Assembly: GCF_036365525.1 (NCBI RefSeq) | Contig: NC_090418.1 | Coordinates: 10,602,856 to 10,666,855 of the forward strand | DNA from: Heterodontus francisci | Taxonomy: Eukaryota | DNA length: 64,000 nt | Reading direction: 5' to 3' | In this document: positions 19,979 through 33,496 of the stretch, in pieces | Position numbering within the stretch: position 1 is the stretch's first letter | Layout of the letters: every line of letters starts with the position of its first letter | Program-made: the position numbers and the translations under genes | The notes under the pieces: generated by a model | What the model saw: the letters and a program-made list of their open reading frames with translations, nothing else | Database searches by the model: none | What the model was told of the DNA's origin: nothing

Positions 19979-21921
19979 CATTTGGCAACTCCTGCATTAC
20001 TCCAGCACATCTTTGTGGAGTTTTGGCCAGCCAAACCGCTGTCTTATGCAGGCTTTGGTCTTTAGTATACCGGCATGTACAGTCACTGTAGTCCCGTGAG
20101 CCCTTCTCAATATTTCTCTCCGGTACCTCCGCGGCACCAATAACTGGTGAACTACTGTCCACTCCTTGCTCTCCGGTCTGTGAGGTGAACTCCATTTCCT
20201 CATCAGTACCACATTCCTTAATTAGTAGCAATCAGGGACTCCCTCTGCTTCACTTTCAGACTGGGCAGCCTGTGCTAACTCTCGCAATACTGGGTCGGCT
20301 CGCTGAGCCTCAGCTAGGAAAAATCCATTTAATTCATTCCCTGGGTCTCCTAATTTTCCAAAGAAAGTCTCAGATAGACAGACCTCATGGTCATCTGCCT
20401 GCAGCGCCAATGCAGTCTCCTCTGGGGGAGTTGGTTTGATCATGGCCTGACCCACTACACATTCAGGGAAACCGCAGGGGTCCGTCTCCTTCCACCGCCC
20501 TGTCTCTCTGACCTCCTGCGGTCTTTCTTTCACTAGTGGAGGGGGTGCTACCACCTTCACCCCTGCCAGATCATTACCTAGGAGCAGGTCAACCCTGTCC
20601 ACAGGCAAACTAGAGACAATCCCTATGGTCAGTGGTCCCGAAACCAGGTCGCACTCCAGGTGTACCCAGTGTACAGGTACAGGTATACACTGCCCTCCAA
20701 TACCACTCACCACCATTGTGGTGTTCACTGCACTCTCTGGGGGAAAGGTCAGGCCTTTTCCCATGAAAAGGGATCTAGAGGCTCCTGTATCCCTGAGAAT
20801 CACTATGGGCTTGCTTGCCCCACTCGAGGGCTATGGGGTTACTTTCCCTTCAGACACAAATCCCTGATAACCTTCAGGAATCTTATTAAATTTTGCTGCA
20901 CTTGCAGCCGTAAGCTTCCTGGGTCTCACTCTTACTGCCGTTAAAGGCACAGCTTGTTCTGCCGTACTTTCCATCAGGGTCCCCGTCTTCACTGAGCGGG
21001 TGGGCCCTGATTAACCGTACAGGTTTTCCCTTTATCTTCCTGCAGTCAGCTTTTTAAATGCCCTGCTTTATTACAATGGAAGTATGCAGGTCCTCTTGCT
21101 CACAGCACCTTCCTTTCTGGCTCGAGGAGGGCCCTCTGCGTCTCCTGCTTTTCTTTCCTCCCAAGACTGCTCGGGATCCTAACCCCTTCGCACCCTTTGT
21201 CCTTTCGGGATTTGTGAGGGTGACTCGAAAACGTCCTCCCCTGGGAAACAGACTTATAAATTAAAGCAAACTCATCGGCCAGAACGGCCGCTTGCCGGGC
21301 TCCCTGAACCTGCTGCTCCTCCACATGTGTCTTTATGGAGAATGGGAGAGAGTGTTTAAATTTCTCTAACAGGGTGACTTCTCTGAGATTCTCATAGCTG
21401 AGCTGTACTTTAAGAGCCCTCAGCCACTGGTCAAAAGCCAGCTGCTTACTTCTTTCAAACTCCAGATAAGTTTGATGAGCTTGCTACTTGACGGTTCGAA
21501 ACTTTTGCCGATAGGCTTCGGATATTAATTCACATGCGCCGAGAGCATTTTTGGTCAGTTCATAATTTGATGAACTCTCATCTGGCAACAGGGAATAAAC
21601 TTCATTGGATTTTCCAGTTAGCTTGCTCTGTAGTAAAAGAGGCCAGGTCTCAGCTGGCCATTTTAGGTGCCTTGCCAGTTTCTCAAAGGATACAAAAAAA
21701 TATTTCTACATGTTCCTTATTGAATTTTAGAATGAGTTGAGCTAGTTTTAACAATTCTGTACCCAGCCCTGAATTATACTCCTTCATATTGGCCATGCTT
21801 TCACTGGGGTTACTCTGTCGCCCCGCATCACTCTCTTTCTTTGCATTCTTTCTGTAATGTTCTTTCTCGCTCTCGTTCCTTCTCCTGTCTTTCATTTTCT
21901 TCACGTTCCTTCTGAAGCTAC
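19979..21921 (-). mobile_element. Gmr1-like Ty3/Gypsy internal fragment (gag/SCAN-like, zinc knuckle, protease, integrase N-terminus)
   Basis: ARQAAVLADEF, frameshifted (C/Y)FHCNKAGHLKADC, ILRDTGAS...VDLLLGND, then QLLVP...AH...HAG...FGWP...CRSC directly downstream. No LTRs seen. Confidence 0.8.
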
Positions 21922-24770
21922 TTTTTTTTTATTATTCATGCATGGGATGTGGGCATCGCTGGCCAGGCCAACATTTATTGCCCATCCCTCCTTGCCCTTG
22001 AGAAGGTGGTGGTGAGCTGCCTTCTTGAACCGCTGCAGTCCATGTGGTGTAGGCATACCCACAGTGCTGTTGTCAGGAAGGGAGTTCCAGGATTTGACCC
22101 AGCAACAGTGAAGGAACGTTGATATAGTTCCAAGTCAGGATGGTGTGTGACTTGGAGGGGAACTTGCAGGTGGTGTTCCCATGCATTTGCTGCCCTTGTC
22201 CTTCTAGGTGTTAGAGGTCGCAGGTTTGGAAGGTGCTGTCGAAGGAACCTTGGTGCATTGTTACAGTGCATCTTGCAGATGGTACACACTGCTGCCACTG
22301 TGCGTCGGTGGTGGAGGGAGTGAATGTTTGTGGATGGGCTGCTTTGTCCTGGATGGTGTCGAGCTTCTTGAGTGTTGTTGGATCTGCACTCATCCAGGCA
22401 AGTGGAGAGTATTCCATCACACTCCTGACTTATACCTTGTAGATGGCGGACAGGCTTTGGGGAGTCAGGAGGTGAGTTACTCACCGCAGGATTCCTAGCC
22501 TCTGACCTGCTCTTGTAGCCACGGTATTTATATGGCTACTCCAGTTCAGTTTCTGGTCAATGGTAGCCCCGAGGTTGTTGATAGTGGGGGATTCAGCGAT
22601 GGTAATGCCATTGAATATCAAGGGGAGATGGTTAGATTCTCTCTTGTTGAAGACGGTCATCACCTGGCACTTGTGTGGCGCGAGTGTTACTTATCAGCCC
22701 AAGCCTGGATATTGTTCAGGTCTTGCTGCATTTCTACACGGACTGCTTCAGTATCTGAGGAGTTGCGAATGGTACTGAACATTGTGCAAAATTAGCGAAC
22801 ATTCCCACTTATGACCTTATGATTGAAGGGAGGTCATTGATGAAGCAGCTGAAGATGGTTGGGCCGAGGACACTACCCTGAGGAACTCCTGCAGTGATTT
22901 CCTGGAGCTCAGATGATTGACCTCCAACAACCACAACCATCTTCCTTTGCACTAGGTGTGACTCTAACCAGCGGAGGGTTTTCCCCCTGATTCCCATTGA
23001 CTTCGGTTTTGCTAGGGCTCCTTGATGCCATACTCGGTCAAATGCTGCCTTGATGTCAAGGGCAGTCGCTCTCACCTCACCTCTTGAGTTCAGCTCTTTT
23101 GTCCATGTTTGAACCAAGGCTGTAATGAGGTCAGGAGCTGAGTTTGCCCTGGTGGAACCCAAACTGAGCGTCACTGAGCAGGTTATTGCAAAGCAAGAGT
23201 CACTTGATGGTACTGTTGATGACACCTTCCATCACTTTGCTGATGACTGAGAGTAGACTGATGGGGCGGTAATTGGCCGGGTTGGACTTGTCCTGCTTTT
23301 TGTGTACAGGACATACCTGGGCAATTTTCCACATTGCAGTGTAGATGCCAGTGTTGTAGCTGTACTGGAACAGCTTGGCTATGGGTGCGGAAAGTTCTGG
23401 AGCACAGGTCTTCAATACTATAGCCGGTATATTGTGAGGGCCGACAGCCTTTGCAGTATCCAGTGCCTTCAGCTGTTTCTTGATATCACGCGGAGTGAAT
23501 CGAATTGGCTGAAGTCTGGCATCTGTGATGCTGGGGAGTTCAGGAGGAGGCCGAGATGGATCATCAACTCGACACTTCTGGCTGAAGATGGACGCAAATT
23601 CTTCAGCCTTATCTTACGCACTGGGTTCCCCCATCATTGAGGATGGGGATATTTGTGGAGCCACCTCCTCCAGTTAGTTGTTTAATTGTCCACCAGCATT
23701 CAAGGCTGGTTGTGGCAGGAATGCAGAGCTTAGATCTGATCCGTTGGTTATGGGATCACTTCGCTCTGTCTATCGCATGCTGCTTACGCAAGGTTGACAC
23801 CTCTTTTTGAGGTATGCCTGGTGCTGCTCCTGACATGCCCTCCTGCACTCTTCATTGAACCAGGGTTGGTCTCCTGGCTCGATGGTAATGGTAGACTGGG
23901 GGACATGCCGGGCCATGAGGTTACAGATTGTACAATTCTGCTGCTGCTGATGGCCCACAGGGCCTCTTGGATGCCCAGATTTGCATTGCTAGATCTGTTC
24001 GAAATCTATCCCATTTAGCACGGTGATAGTGCCACACAACACGATGGAGGGTATGCTCAATGTGAAGGCGGGACTTCGTCTTCACAAGGACTGTGTAGCG
24101 GTCACTCCCATCAATACAGTCATGGACAGATGCATCTGCGGCAGGCAGATTGGTGAGTACGAAGTCAAGTATGTTTTTCCCTCTTGTTGGTTCCCTCACC
24201 AACTGCCACAGACCCAGTCTGGCAGCTGCGTCCTTCAGGACTCAGCCAGCTCGGTCAGTAGTGGTGCTACCGAGCCACTCTTGGTGATGAACTCTGAAGT
24301 CTCCCACCCAGAGTACATTCTGCACCCTTGCCACCCTCAGTGCTTCTTCCAAGTGGTGTTCAACATGGAGGAGTACTGACTCATCAGCTGAGGGAGGGCG
24401 GTAGGTGGTGATCAGCAGGAGGTTTCCTTGTGCACGTTTGACCCGATGCCATGAGACTTCACGGGGTGCGGAGTCGATGTTGAGAACTCCCAGGACGACT
24501 CCCTCCCTACTGTATACCACTGTGCCGCCACCTCTGCTGGGTCTGTCTTGCCAGTGGGACAGGACATACTCGTGGATAGTGATGGCAGTGTCTGGGACAT
24601 TGTCTGTCAGGTCTGATTCCGTGAGTATGACGATGTCAGGCTGTTGCTTGACTGGTTTGTGGGACAGCTCTCCCAACTTTGGCACAAGCCCCCAGATGTT
24701 AGTAAGGAGGACTTTGCAGGGTCGACAGGGTTGTCGTTTTCAGTACCTAGGTCGATGCCGGGTGGTCCGC
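21922..24770 (-). mobile_element. CR1/L2-group LINE of a second family, nearly full decayed ORF2 (APE + RT) with poly(A) tail
   Basis: QQPDIVILTES, RGGGTVVY, YRPPSAD, VGDF, PANYRPISLL, ALDIKAAFDRVWH, GVPQGSVLGP; A-tail at 21922-21930. Confidence 0.88.
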
Positions 24771-26133
24771 CCCATTTTTAGCCATTCAAGTCAGTCTTGG
24801 GCTGCTTTGCCCATTAATTCCATTTCCTTTAATACCTTTAAAAATCTGCCTCTGTCTCAGGTTCCAATTGACCAATTATCCGGTCTGCTGTGGGGTTAAC
24901 AAAAGTTCCACATTTGTATTATTGTGTTGAAGAATTCTTCCCAATTTCACTCCTGAATAATAACCTATTAAGTTTGGCTCCCTTTAACTCCCCACGTGAA
25001 GAAAGTCTCCCTCTATCTATCCTATTAAATGCTAACATTTAAAAGGCCCTTGATTCAGCCACTCTAGAAATCATCTTCACAGGTTTATGTAACTCACCTT
25101 TAATTTCACCCCGTAAGTCTTCATTCTGTTCAACATGCACTACAACTCAACCATGGCCAGAAATATCCTTCCATCCTTCCCAGATGTGGTGCCCAAAAAT
25201 GAAAGCACTTTGCCAAACAGGAGTCTTTGACCAAAGCTCACTACAACTGTACCATCATGTTTGCAAAAGGCCCATATTTCAGTAAAATATTTTCTACAGA
25301 TTTTAAAACCTCTGACCACTTGCAACAGCTCATTGGTCAGAAATTGTGACTTAGCACACTCAAATTGTTATTGTCAGACTGGATTGCACAACCTCAGTCA
25401 TCTCCAGTTGTCACTCTGCCTATCCATTTCGAGTGCCCCTTTGGAACGTGCTGCTCTCACTGGCACAAAACATCACTTGCAAACATTGATAATACACATC
25501 AGGATTCATTCATGTAACACAGTAGCCAGTACAGACTCTGGAACCTGAAGGATCACCACCAGTCACATCCCAGTCATTTAAAATCCTTCATGTCCCCTAC
25601 CACCTCATCCAAGTCAAAGAGGCTGCCTCAGACTTGCAGGGAATCTTTTTGAAGAGGTTGAGGTCTACATCGACAATTTGCCCAAGGACACCCTCGGTAT
25701 GAAGTTCAGAACCTAACAATTAGTCATGTGCCCTTAGCATGAGAAGTTCACTAAGCAGCTCATAACTAAACTGCTCGTCCTCCCCAATGCTCGCAGCCGA
25801 CAAATGACAAACTTTGATCTGTCCTTGTTGAGGGTGACAGTCAGTTTTCTGGCTGTACGAAATGATCTGTCAATGAGAAACAGGAGAGTCCTTTACCTCA
25901 AATCAGCACAGCAATGCCTTTAGAGTGGAGTAAGCCACAAGTATATGGGGGACATTGACAAACTCAGGTGGAATGAAGATATCCATGGACCTCTATCAGG
26001 TCATTGGCCATGTCCACACAGAGCCTCTGACCTGCCAGCTCCTCAAACATGCGGCCAAAACTCAGGAGCACGTGACTGAAATGCAGCGTGATTTGGTAAA
26101 TCATCTCAACTGATTAATTCAACCCATCCTTCC

Positions 26134-27165
26134 TAGATCAGAAATTGGCTAGCTGAAAGACAGAGGGTGGTGGTTGACGGCAAATGTTCATCCTGGAGTT
26201 TAGTTACTAGTGGTGCACCACAAGGATCTGTTTTGGGGCCACTGCTGTCTGTCATTTTTATAAATGACCTGGAAGAGGGTGTAGAAGGGTGGGTTAGTAA
26301 ATTTGCGGATGACACTAAAGTCAGTGGAGTTGTGGGTAGTGCCGAAGGATGTTGTAGGGTACAGAGGAACATAGATAGGCTGCAGAGCTGGGCTGAGAGA
26401 TGGCAAATGGAGTTAAATGCGGAAAAGTGTGAGGTGATTCACTTTGGAAGGAGTAACAGGAATGCAGAGTACTGGGCTAATGGGAAGATTCTTGGTAGTG
26501 TAGATGAACAGAGAGATCTTGGTGTCCAGGTACATAAGTCCCTGAAAGTTGCTACCCAGGTTAATAGGGCTGTTAAGAAGGCATATGGTGTGTTAGCTTT
26601 TATTAGTAGGGGGAAAATTGAGTTTCGGAGCCACGAGGTTATGCTGCAACTGTACAAAACTCTGGTGAGGCCGCACCTGGAGTATTGTGTGCAGTTCTGG
26701 TCACCGCATTATGGGAAGAATGAGGAAGCTTTGGAGAGGGTGCAGAGGAGATTTACTAGGATGTTGCCTGGTATGGAGGGAAGGTCTTATGAGGAAAAGC
26801 TGAGGGACTTGGTTGTTTTTGTTGGAGAGAAGGAGGAGGAGAGGTGACTTAATAGAGTCATATAAGATAATCAGAGGGTTAGATAGGGTGGATAGTGAGA
26901 GTCTTTTTCCTCGGATGGTGATGGCAAACATGAGGGGACATAGATATAGGACAGATGTTACAGGTAGTTTCTTTACCCAGAGTAGTAGGGGCGTGGAACG
27001 CCCTGCCTGCAACAGTAGTAGACTCGCCAACTTTAAGGGCATTGAAGTGCTAATTGGATAGATAGATGAAAATGGAATAGTGTAGGTCAGATGGTTTCAC
27101 AGGTCGGCACAACATCAAGCACCAAATGGCCTGTACTGCGCTGTAATGTTCTAATCTCTAAAAAA
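26134..27165 (+). mobile_element. CR1 3' fragment of the same family as the nested CR1, opposite orientation
   Basis: 226-aa ORF with SKFADDTK and HLEYCVQFW; tail gcgctgtaatgttctaat. Confidence 0.9.
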
Positions 27166-27331
27166 AAATAAAAAAATTGGCCAGGCTGCAATTTGCTAGT
27201 CCAAACCCTGCACAGGTCAGTGAAATTGGTCGACTTCAATAATAAAAATGCATCAGTATCACCTAACTGGGCTCATGGCATCTTCATTGGACTTGTGAAA
27301 TGAAAAAGGCAAAGATACATGTAATGATTAC

Positions 27332-27337
27332 TTTATT
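27332..27337 (-). terminator. Polyadenylation signal of ZP3 copy 2
   Basis: AATAAA 13 nt after the stop. Confidence 0.7.
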
Positions 27338-27350
27338 GATAATTCAATAA

Positions 27351-29982
27351 CTAGTTGATCGGAGTTTGCTTGTGTTTCCTGTACAGGAACAAGGCGATCA
27401 ATAAAGCAGAGATCAGACAGACAGCTATCACAGTCAGGGCCACAATCAGGACCACCTCAGACTCCACACCTACAAAGCAATGAGAAACCAATGGTTAGTG
27501 AAGGAAACACTGAGGGGAAAATGGAAACTAGCAGTCAGCCAACTCACCACCTGGAGACCTCTCCTGCAGCCTTCGCTCAACCTCATTCAAGGACTCAGTT
27601 GCCAGGTCAGTCACCTCAGGATCCAGAATGACCAGGGGTCCAAGTGAGGCCTCACCCTCCCACTTCAATCCAGCTTCACTCTCTGCAATATCAAACATGC
27701 CAGTTAGAGGGGGTAAAGGGAGATCTCCCACATCTAGAGGATCAATGTCCTACCAGCTTCAGGTACAAGATCCCTCCTTCCTCTGGAAGGAAATCGGAAC
27801 TCCCTTGTGGCACCACAGTTACCCACATGGCAACAGGCACAAATGTCATTGTTGGATTCCTCCAATGGGGTCCAGCTAAACAAGAGAAACAGTTGATCAA
27901 CCAGGTTGTCCACCCTTCCAAACAACATTGAAGAGAAAAGGAACTTACACATTCTGCATCTTCTGGAAAGTACAAGCTTTGTTCATGGAATCTCTCCAAT
28001 CCACTGGAGCAACTTTCAGGTGACAGGTGATGAAAATCTGGGACATAAATGTCAGCACAACAAACTTAGTGACACCTCCCAATATGGAGAGCCCAATGAT
28101 CAGCTTCCACTTACCAAGGAACGGTCATCTCCAAAGAAGCGGAAAGCATCCAGGTCAAACCGCAGCTTGTCCAGCTCACGCTCGTCTCTTGGCAACACGA
28201 AGGTTGAAAAGGAGTCCTCAGCTTTGCTGTCCAGGAGGCAACTGGAGAAAGATTCAAAAAGGGACATGAAGGGAATCAAGTGAAGCCATTGAGATGGGAG
28301 CAGCTGGAGAAAGCAGAGAGCTCCTTACCCATTGTAGTCAATGATGCTGTATCTCGGGGTGGAATCCTTGTCTGGGCTCAATGTAGCTACACAGCGGTCA
28401 ATGTAGAGCTTCAGGGGCATGTGGTTGGTCATTGAAACAGAGGCCTCAATGTGAATGAGGTCACCCAGGTAGTAGACAGTCGAGGTGCGCTCTGTAAGCC
28501 AGTCATCTGAAGTACAAGAGGGCAAGGGTTGGAGACAGTGGGTACAACTCCCAGTGGGTGAGTACAGGAAATCACTCCCCATCCACCCATCACATACCAT
28601 TCATTAGGCGCAGAGAGAATGACAGATGCCCTTCTCCAGACTTGGTGGAGCTGAATGGGATCCAGGTGGGCTTGATGGCGTTACTGCTCACATTGCCCTT
28701 CCTGGAAGGAAAGGAGAGTTATTTTAGGACAACTTCAGAGAACTTGCATTGGACTGAAAATTCATTAATAAAAATCACTCATCTATTACCTAAAATAATG
28801 ACACTCAATGGGAACGACAGCTCCATTTGTTCTCACAATGACAGATCCATGATACTGGGGGGTGTGGTTCAGGTGGGTGGTGTAGACCAGGAAATCTCCA
28901 GCCATCTGAAAGACATCAGGTAAAGGAATTGATGAACTGATCTCAATGGAAGATATTTATCTATATTGGTCAGCAACAGGAATTGCTGAATATTGGTATT
29001 GAACTAGCTACTCAAGCACTCCCTGTAACTCTGTTCGATCCCCCTTTATTGGAGGACACTTCCAGCTTGCAAACCAAAAACCCTAAATCCCACAGAAAGA
29101 GCTCCCATGTAAACATCCAAGTGAGCTGCCAGTTACCCTGCTCTGGAACACCAAACCATTATTCATGGACTCACTGAAGTAATTCTCAGCTGTAATTGCT
29201 CAAATCGAAACACCAAAAACAGAGCTGCCTTGAATATATTAAAACCCAACTGCACTGGTTTAGCCTTCAAAAATGGAAGCCACACAAGATGGAATTTCTT
29301 GACTGAATGGAGGAAGCAGGTGTCAATGAGAGACAGGAAAGGAAGGACTAGCTTGAAGAAAACAGAACAAGATTTGAGAGCAGGTGATACAAGTTAAAGA
29401 AAGCAACAACATCTGAGTGACAAGCTTCTTTCCAATACTTACCAAAAACAAAATAAATAGTTAGGGTGAATGTTAACAGAGGGACAGTACACAGACAGGA
29501 ACAAGTCTTCATGAATGTTCAGGAAATCAGTGTTGAAAGTGTACACATGAAGTTTAGAACAAGAGTCAAGGACTCATTACCTGCAATCTGCTGCCACAGT
29601 CATGGAGCCCATAGTCAAAGAGGACAGTGTGGTTCTGAGAGTAGATCCTGGTCGGCCGACAACCTGCTGTCCCCAGGGTCAGGTCAGCAGCTTTAATCAG
29701 GTGCCTGGTTCCAAATAAATCCATCTGGACCCTGACCAGCAGGTTCTGCTCTCCACACTGCACCGTCACAGTCTGCAGTGGAGACACACTTCGACCCTCA
29801 GACACACGGAAATGGGAACCAAAGGGAGACCCAGTTGGAGGGACTCTCTGAGGCACAGGGGTGGCTTTTACTCTTCCCCATGGAAACCTCTGGTCTCGAA
29901 ACTGTTGCCAAGTATCAGAGCAACAGACAACTCCAACTAACACCAGCACTGGGAACAAACCCCTCATTACAAAATCCCCCAT
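27351..29982 (-). CDS. ZP3: ZP3-type egg-envelope glycoprotein, copy 2 (463 aa)
   Basis: Exons 29982-29581, 28905-28790, 28701-28598, 28506-28329, 28241-28115, 28037-27949, 27875-27754, 27682-27548, 27469-27351. GT-AG introns, no stops seen, furin site RGRR. Confidence 0.92.
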
Positions 29983-30026
29983 GATACCAAACAACTCAAC
30001 CATCCCTTCACCCACCAACCAGCTCC

Positions 30027-30215
30027 TTTTATACACACAAACTGCAGTCACCTGACACCAATGATCCCAGAAGCAGCAACATTGAGCCAATTAACCAGCC
30101 CCAATCTCCACAATTTACAACCAATGACAGAACTCATAGATGTATTGGTTGGAGGGCCTATTTTATTTAGACCAATAGGAGTGACTCTGAGTTGGCCCAG
30201 TGTCACCTGACAGAA
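30027..30215 (-). promoter_or_regulatory. ZP3 copy 2 promoter
   Basis: TATAAAA at 30033-30027; CAGGTG at 30054-30049 and 30209-30204; CCAAT cluster. Confidence 0.72.
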
Positions 30216-30284
30216 ATCAGCTCCACAATTTCTCATGTTGAAGGGAACCATTAATACAACAATCTAACGTGGCTTTGATAATTG

Positions 30285-32893
30285 ATCATAGAGTCAGAGT
30301 CAAACAGCACAGAAACAGGCCCTTCGGCCCATCCTAACTGTGCCGGTCATCAAGCACCTAACTATTGTAGTCCCATTTTCCTGCACTTGGCCCGTAGCCT
30401 TGTATGCTATGACATTTCAAGTGCTCATCTAAACACTTCTTAAATGTTGTGAGGGTTCCTGCCTCTACCACCTCTTCAGGCAGTGCGTTCCAAATTCCAA
30501 CCACCCTCTGGGTGAAAATTCTTTACCTCAAATGCACCCTAAATCTCCTGCCCCTTACCTTAAATCTATGCCCCCTGTTTATTGACCCCTCCGCTAAGGG
30601 AAAACGTTTCTTCCTATTTAATCTATCCATGGCTTTCATAATTTTGTATACCTCAATCATGTCCCCCCTCAGCCTTCTCTGCTCGAAGGAAAACAACCCT
30701 AGCCTTTTCTGGTCTCTCTTCATAGCTGAAATGCTCCAGCCCAGGCAACATCCTGGTGAATCTCCTCTGCACCCTCTCCAGTGCAATCACATCCTTCCTG
30801 TAGTGTGGTGCCCAGAACTGTACACAGTACTCCAGCTGTGGCCTAACTAGTGTTTTATACAGCTCCATCACCTCCCTGCTCTTATATTCTATACCTCGGC
30901 TAATAAAGGCAAGTATCTCATATGCCTTCCTAACTACCTTATCTACCTGTGCTGCTGCCTTCAGTGATCTTTGCACAAGTACACCAAGGTCCCTCTGACT
31001 CTCTGTACTTCCTATGGTTCTACCATCCATTGTATATTCCCTTGCCTTGTTAGTTCTCCCAAAATGCATCACCTCACACTTCTCAGGATTAAATTCCATT
31101 TGCCACTGCTCTGTCCATCCTACCAGCCCATCTATACCATCCTGTAATCTAAGGCTTTCCGCCTCACTATTTACGACACCACCAATTTTTCGTCTCATCC
31201 GCGAACTTACTGATCATGCCCCCTATATTCACGTCTAAATCATGAATGTACACTACAAACAGCAAGGTTCCCAGCACCGATCCCTGCGTTACACCACTGG
31301 TCACAGGCTTCCACTCGCAAAAACAACCCTCGACCATCACCCTCTGCCTCCTGCCACTAAGCCAATTTTGGATCCAATTTGCCAAATTGCCCTGAATCCC
31401 ATGGGCTCTTACCTTCTTAACCAATCTCCAATGCGGCACAGTGGCGCAGTGGTTAGCACCGCAGCCTCACAGCTTGAAGGACCCAGGTTCGATTCTGGGT
31501 ACTGCCTGTGTGGAGTTTGCAAGTTTTCCCTGTGACAGTGTGGGTTTTCGCCGGGTGCTCCGGTTTCCTCCCACAGCCAAAGACTTGCAGATTGATAGGT
31601 AAATTGGCCATTATAAATTGCCCCTAGTGTAGGTAGGTGGTAGGGAATATGGGATTAGTGTAGGGTTAGTATAAATGGGTGGTTGTTGGTTGACACGGAC
31701 TCGGTGGGCCGAAGGGCCTGTTTCAGTGCGGTATCTCTAAATAAATAAATAAAAGCCTTACTGAAGTCCATGTCAACTACATCAACGGCTTTACCCTCAT
31801 CTACACATCTAGTCACCTCCTTGAAAAATTCAATCAAGTTAGTTAGACACGATCTCCCCCTGACAAAGCCGTACTGACTATCTCTGATTAATCCCTGCCT
31901 CTCCAAGTGGAGGTTAATCCTGTCCCTCAGAATTTGTTCCAATAGTTTCTCAACCACTGATGTTAGACTCACCGGCCTGTAATTTCCTGGTGTATCCTTC
32001 TACCTTTCTTGAATAATGGTACCACATTCACTGTCCTCCAGTCCTCTGGTACCTCTCCTGTGGCCAGACCGGATTTGAAAATTTGTGTCAGAGCCCCTGC
32101 TATTTCCTCCCTTGCCTCACATAACAGCCTGGTATACATCTCATCTGGGCCTGGGGATTTATCTACTTTTAAGCCCACAAAAACAGCTAATACTTCCTCC
32201 CTTTCAATACTAGTATGTTCAAGTATATCACAATCCCCCTCCCTGATCTCTACACCTACATCGTCCTTCTCCATAGTGAACACAGGTGAAAAGTAATCAT
32301 TTAAAACCTCACCTATGTCCTCCAGCTCCACACACAGATTGCCGCCTCTCATGTCCCCTGTTCGCTCTCCTAATTACTTTTTAAAGTACCCCCCACACTT
32401 TCTATACTCCTCTCGGGCCTCTGCTGTTTTCAGCACTCTGAATCTGCCATAAGCCTCCTTTTTTCCTGATGCAATCCTTTATATTCCTGGACTTGTTGGT
32501 CCTACCCTTCACATTTATGCGAACATCTGATGTAGATTTTCCTACAAGTAGCTGCTCCCAGTCCACTTTGGCCAGATCCTGTTTTATCATATTGAAATTG
32601 ACCTTTCCCCAATTCAGCACCTTTATTTGCAGTCCATCTTTGTCCTTTTCCATAACTACCTTAAATCTTACCGAGTTATGGTCACTATCCCCGAAATGCA
32701 CCCCCACTGACACATCTACTACTTGTTCAGCTTCATTAACTAGAATTAGGTCCAGAACCGCCCCTTCTCTTGTCGGACTTTCTATGTACTGACTCAAAAA
32801 GCTCTCCTGTATGCATTTTAAGAATTCCGCCCCCTTTAAGCCTTTTGCACTCAGACTATCCCAGTTGATATTAGGGAATTTGAAACCCCCTAC
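30285..32893 (-). mobile_element. Decayed CR1 (duplicate of 12550-15158)
   Basis: Near-identical ORF fragments. Confidence 0.9.
31433..31754 (+). mobile_element. V-SINE (HE1-like), duplicate
   Basis: Same as 13698-14019. Confidence 0.85.
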
Positions 32894-33496
32894 TTGAGTG
32901 GAGGGGACCTTACAGTTGATCAGTCTGGGACTGAACTCCACTCCAATTGCCCCGAACCCATAGACTGTAAAACACGAGAAGCTCCCCAGCACCCGCTGAT
33001 AACTAGAATGATATCACCAGGGGGAAACCCTTCGTCCAAAGTAAAAACCCAAAGTCGAGGCAAAGTAACTGAAATCTCAATTATCCTGTGTGTGCACAGT
33101 GATGAATGGTACGATGGGAAATTGAGGCTGTCACACTGGTACAACAACAACTTGTAATTATAACCCACCTTTAACATATAGAAACATCCCAAGTTTCCTC
33201 ACAGAGGTGGAATCAGTGACAATGAGACTCCGCGCCAAAGAAGGAGTGACCAGAAGCTTCATCAATAATCTGGCTTCTCAGCTGGCTCTTAATGGAGGAG
33301 AGAGAGGTGGAGAGACAGAGGTTCAATGAATTCAAGAGAGTGGGACTTAAATGACTGAAGACCTGGCCGCCAATGGTGGGGTGAATGAAGGGGAGGGTCC
33401 ACAGGTTGGAGTTACTGGAGCTTGAGTTCTGAAATGGGGGGGAGCGATTACCAGAGGTTGGTATTTGGAAGACATGGTTGTGCAGTGAAGAGGAAG

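Noticed and set aside
25140-26130. ~1-kb unassigned stretch in each spacer with short ORFs
   Set aside because: No recognisable motif and stops in the frames tried; recurrence is explained by the duplication.
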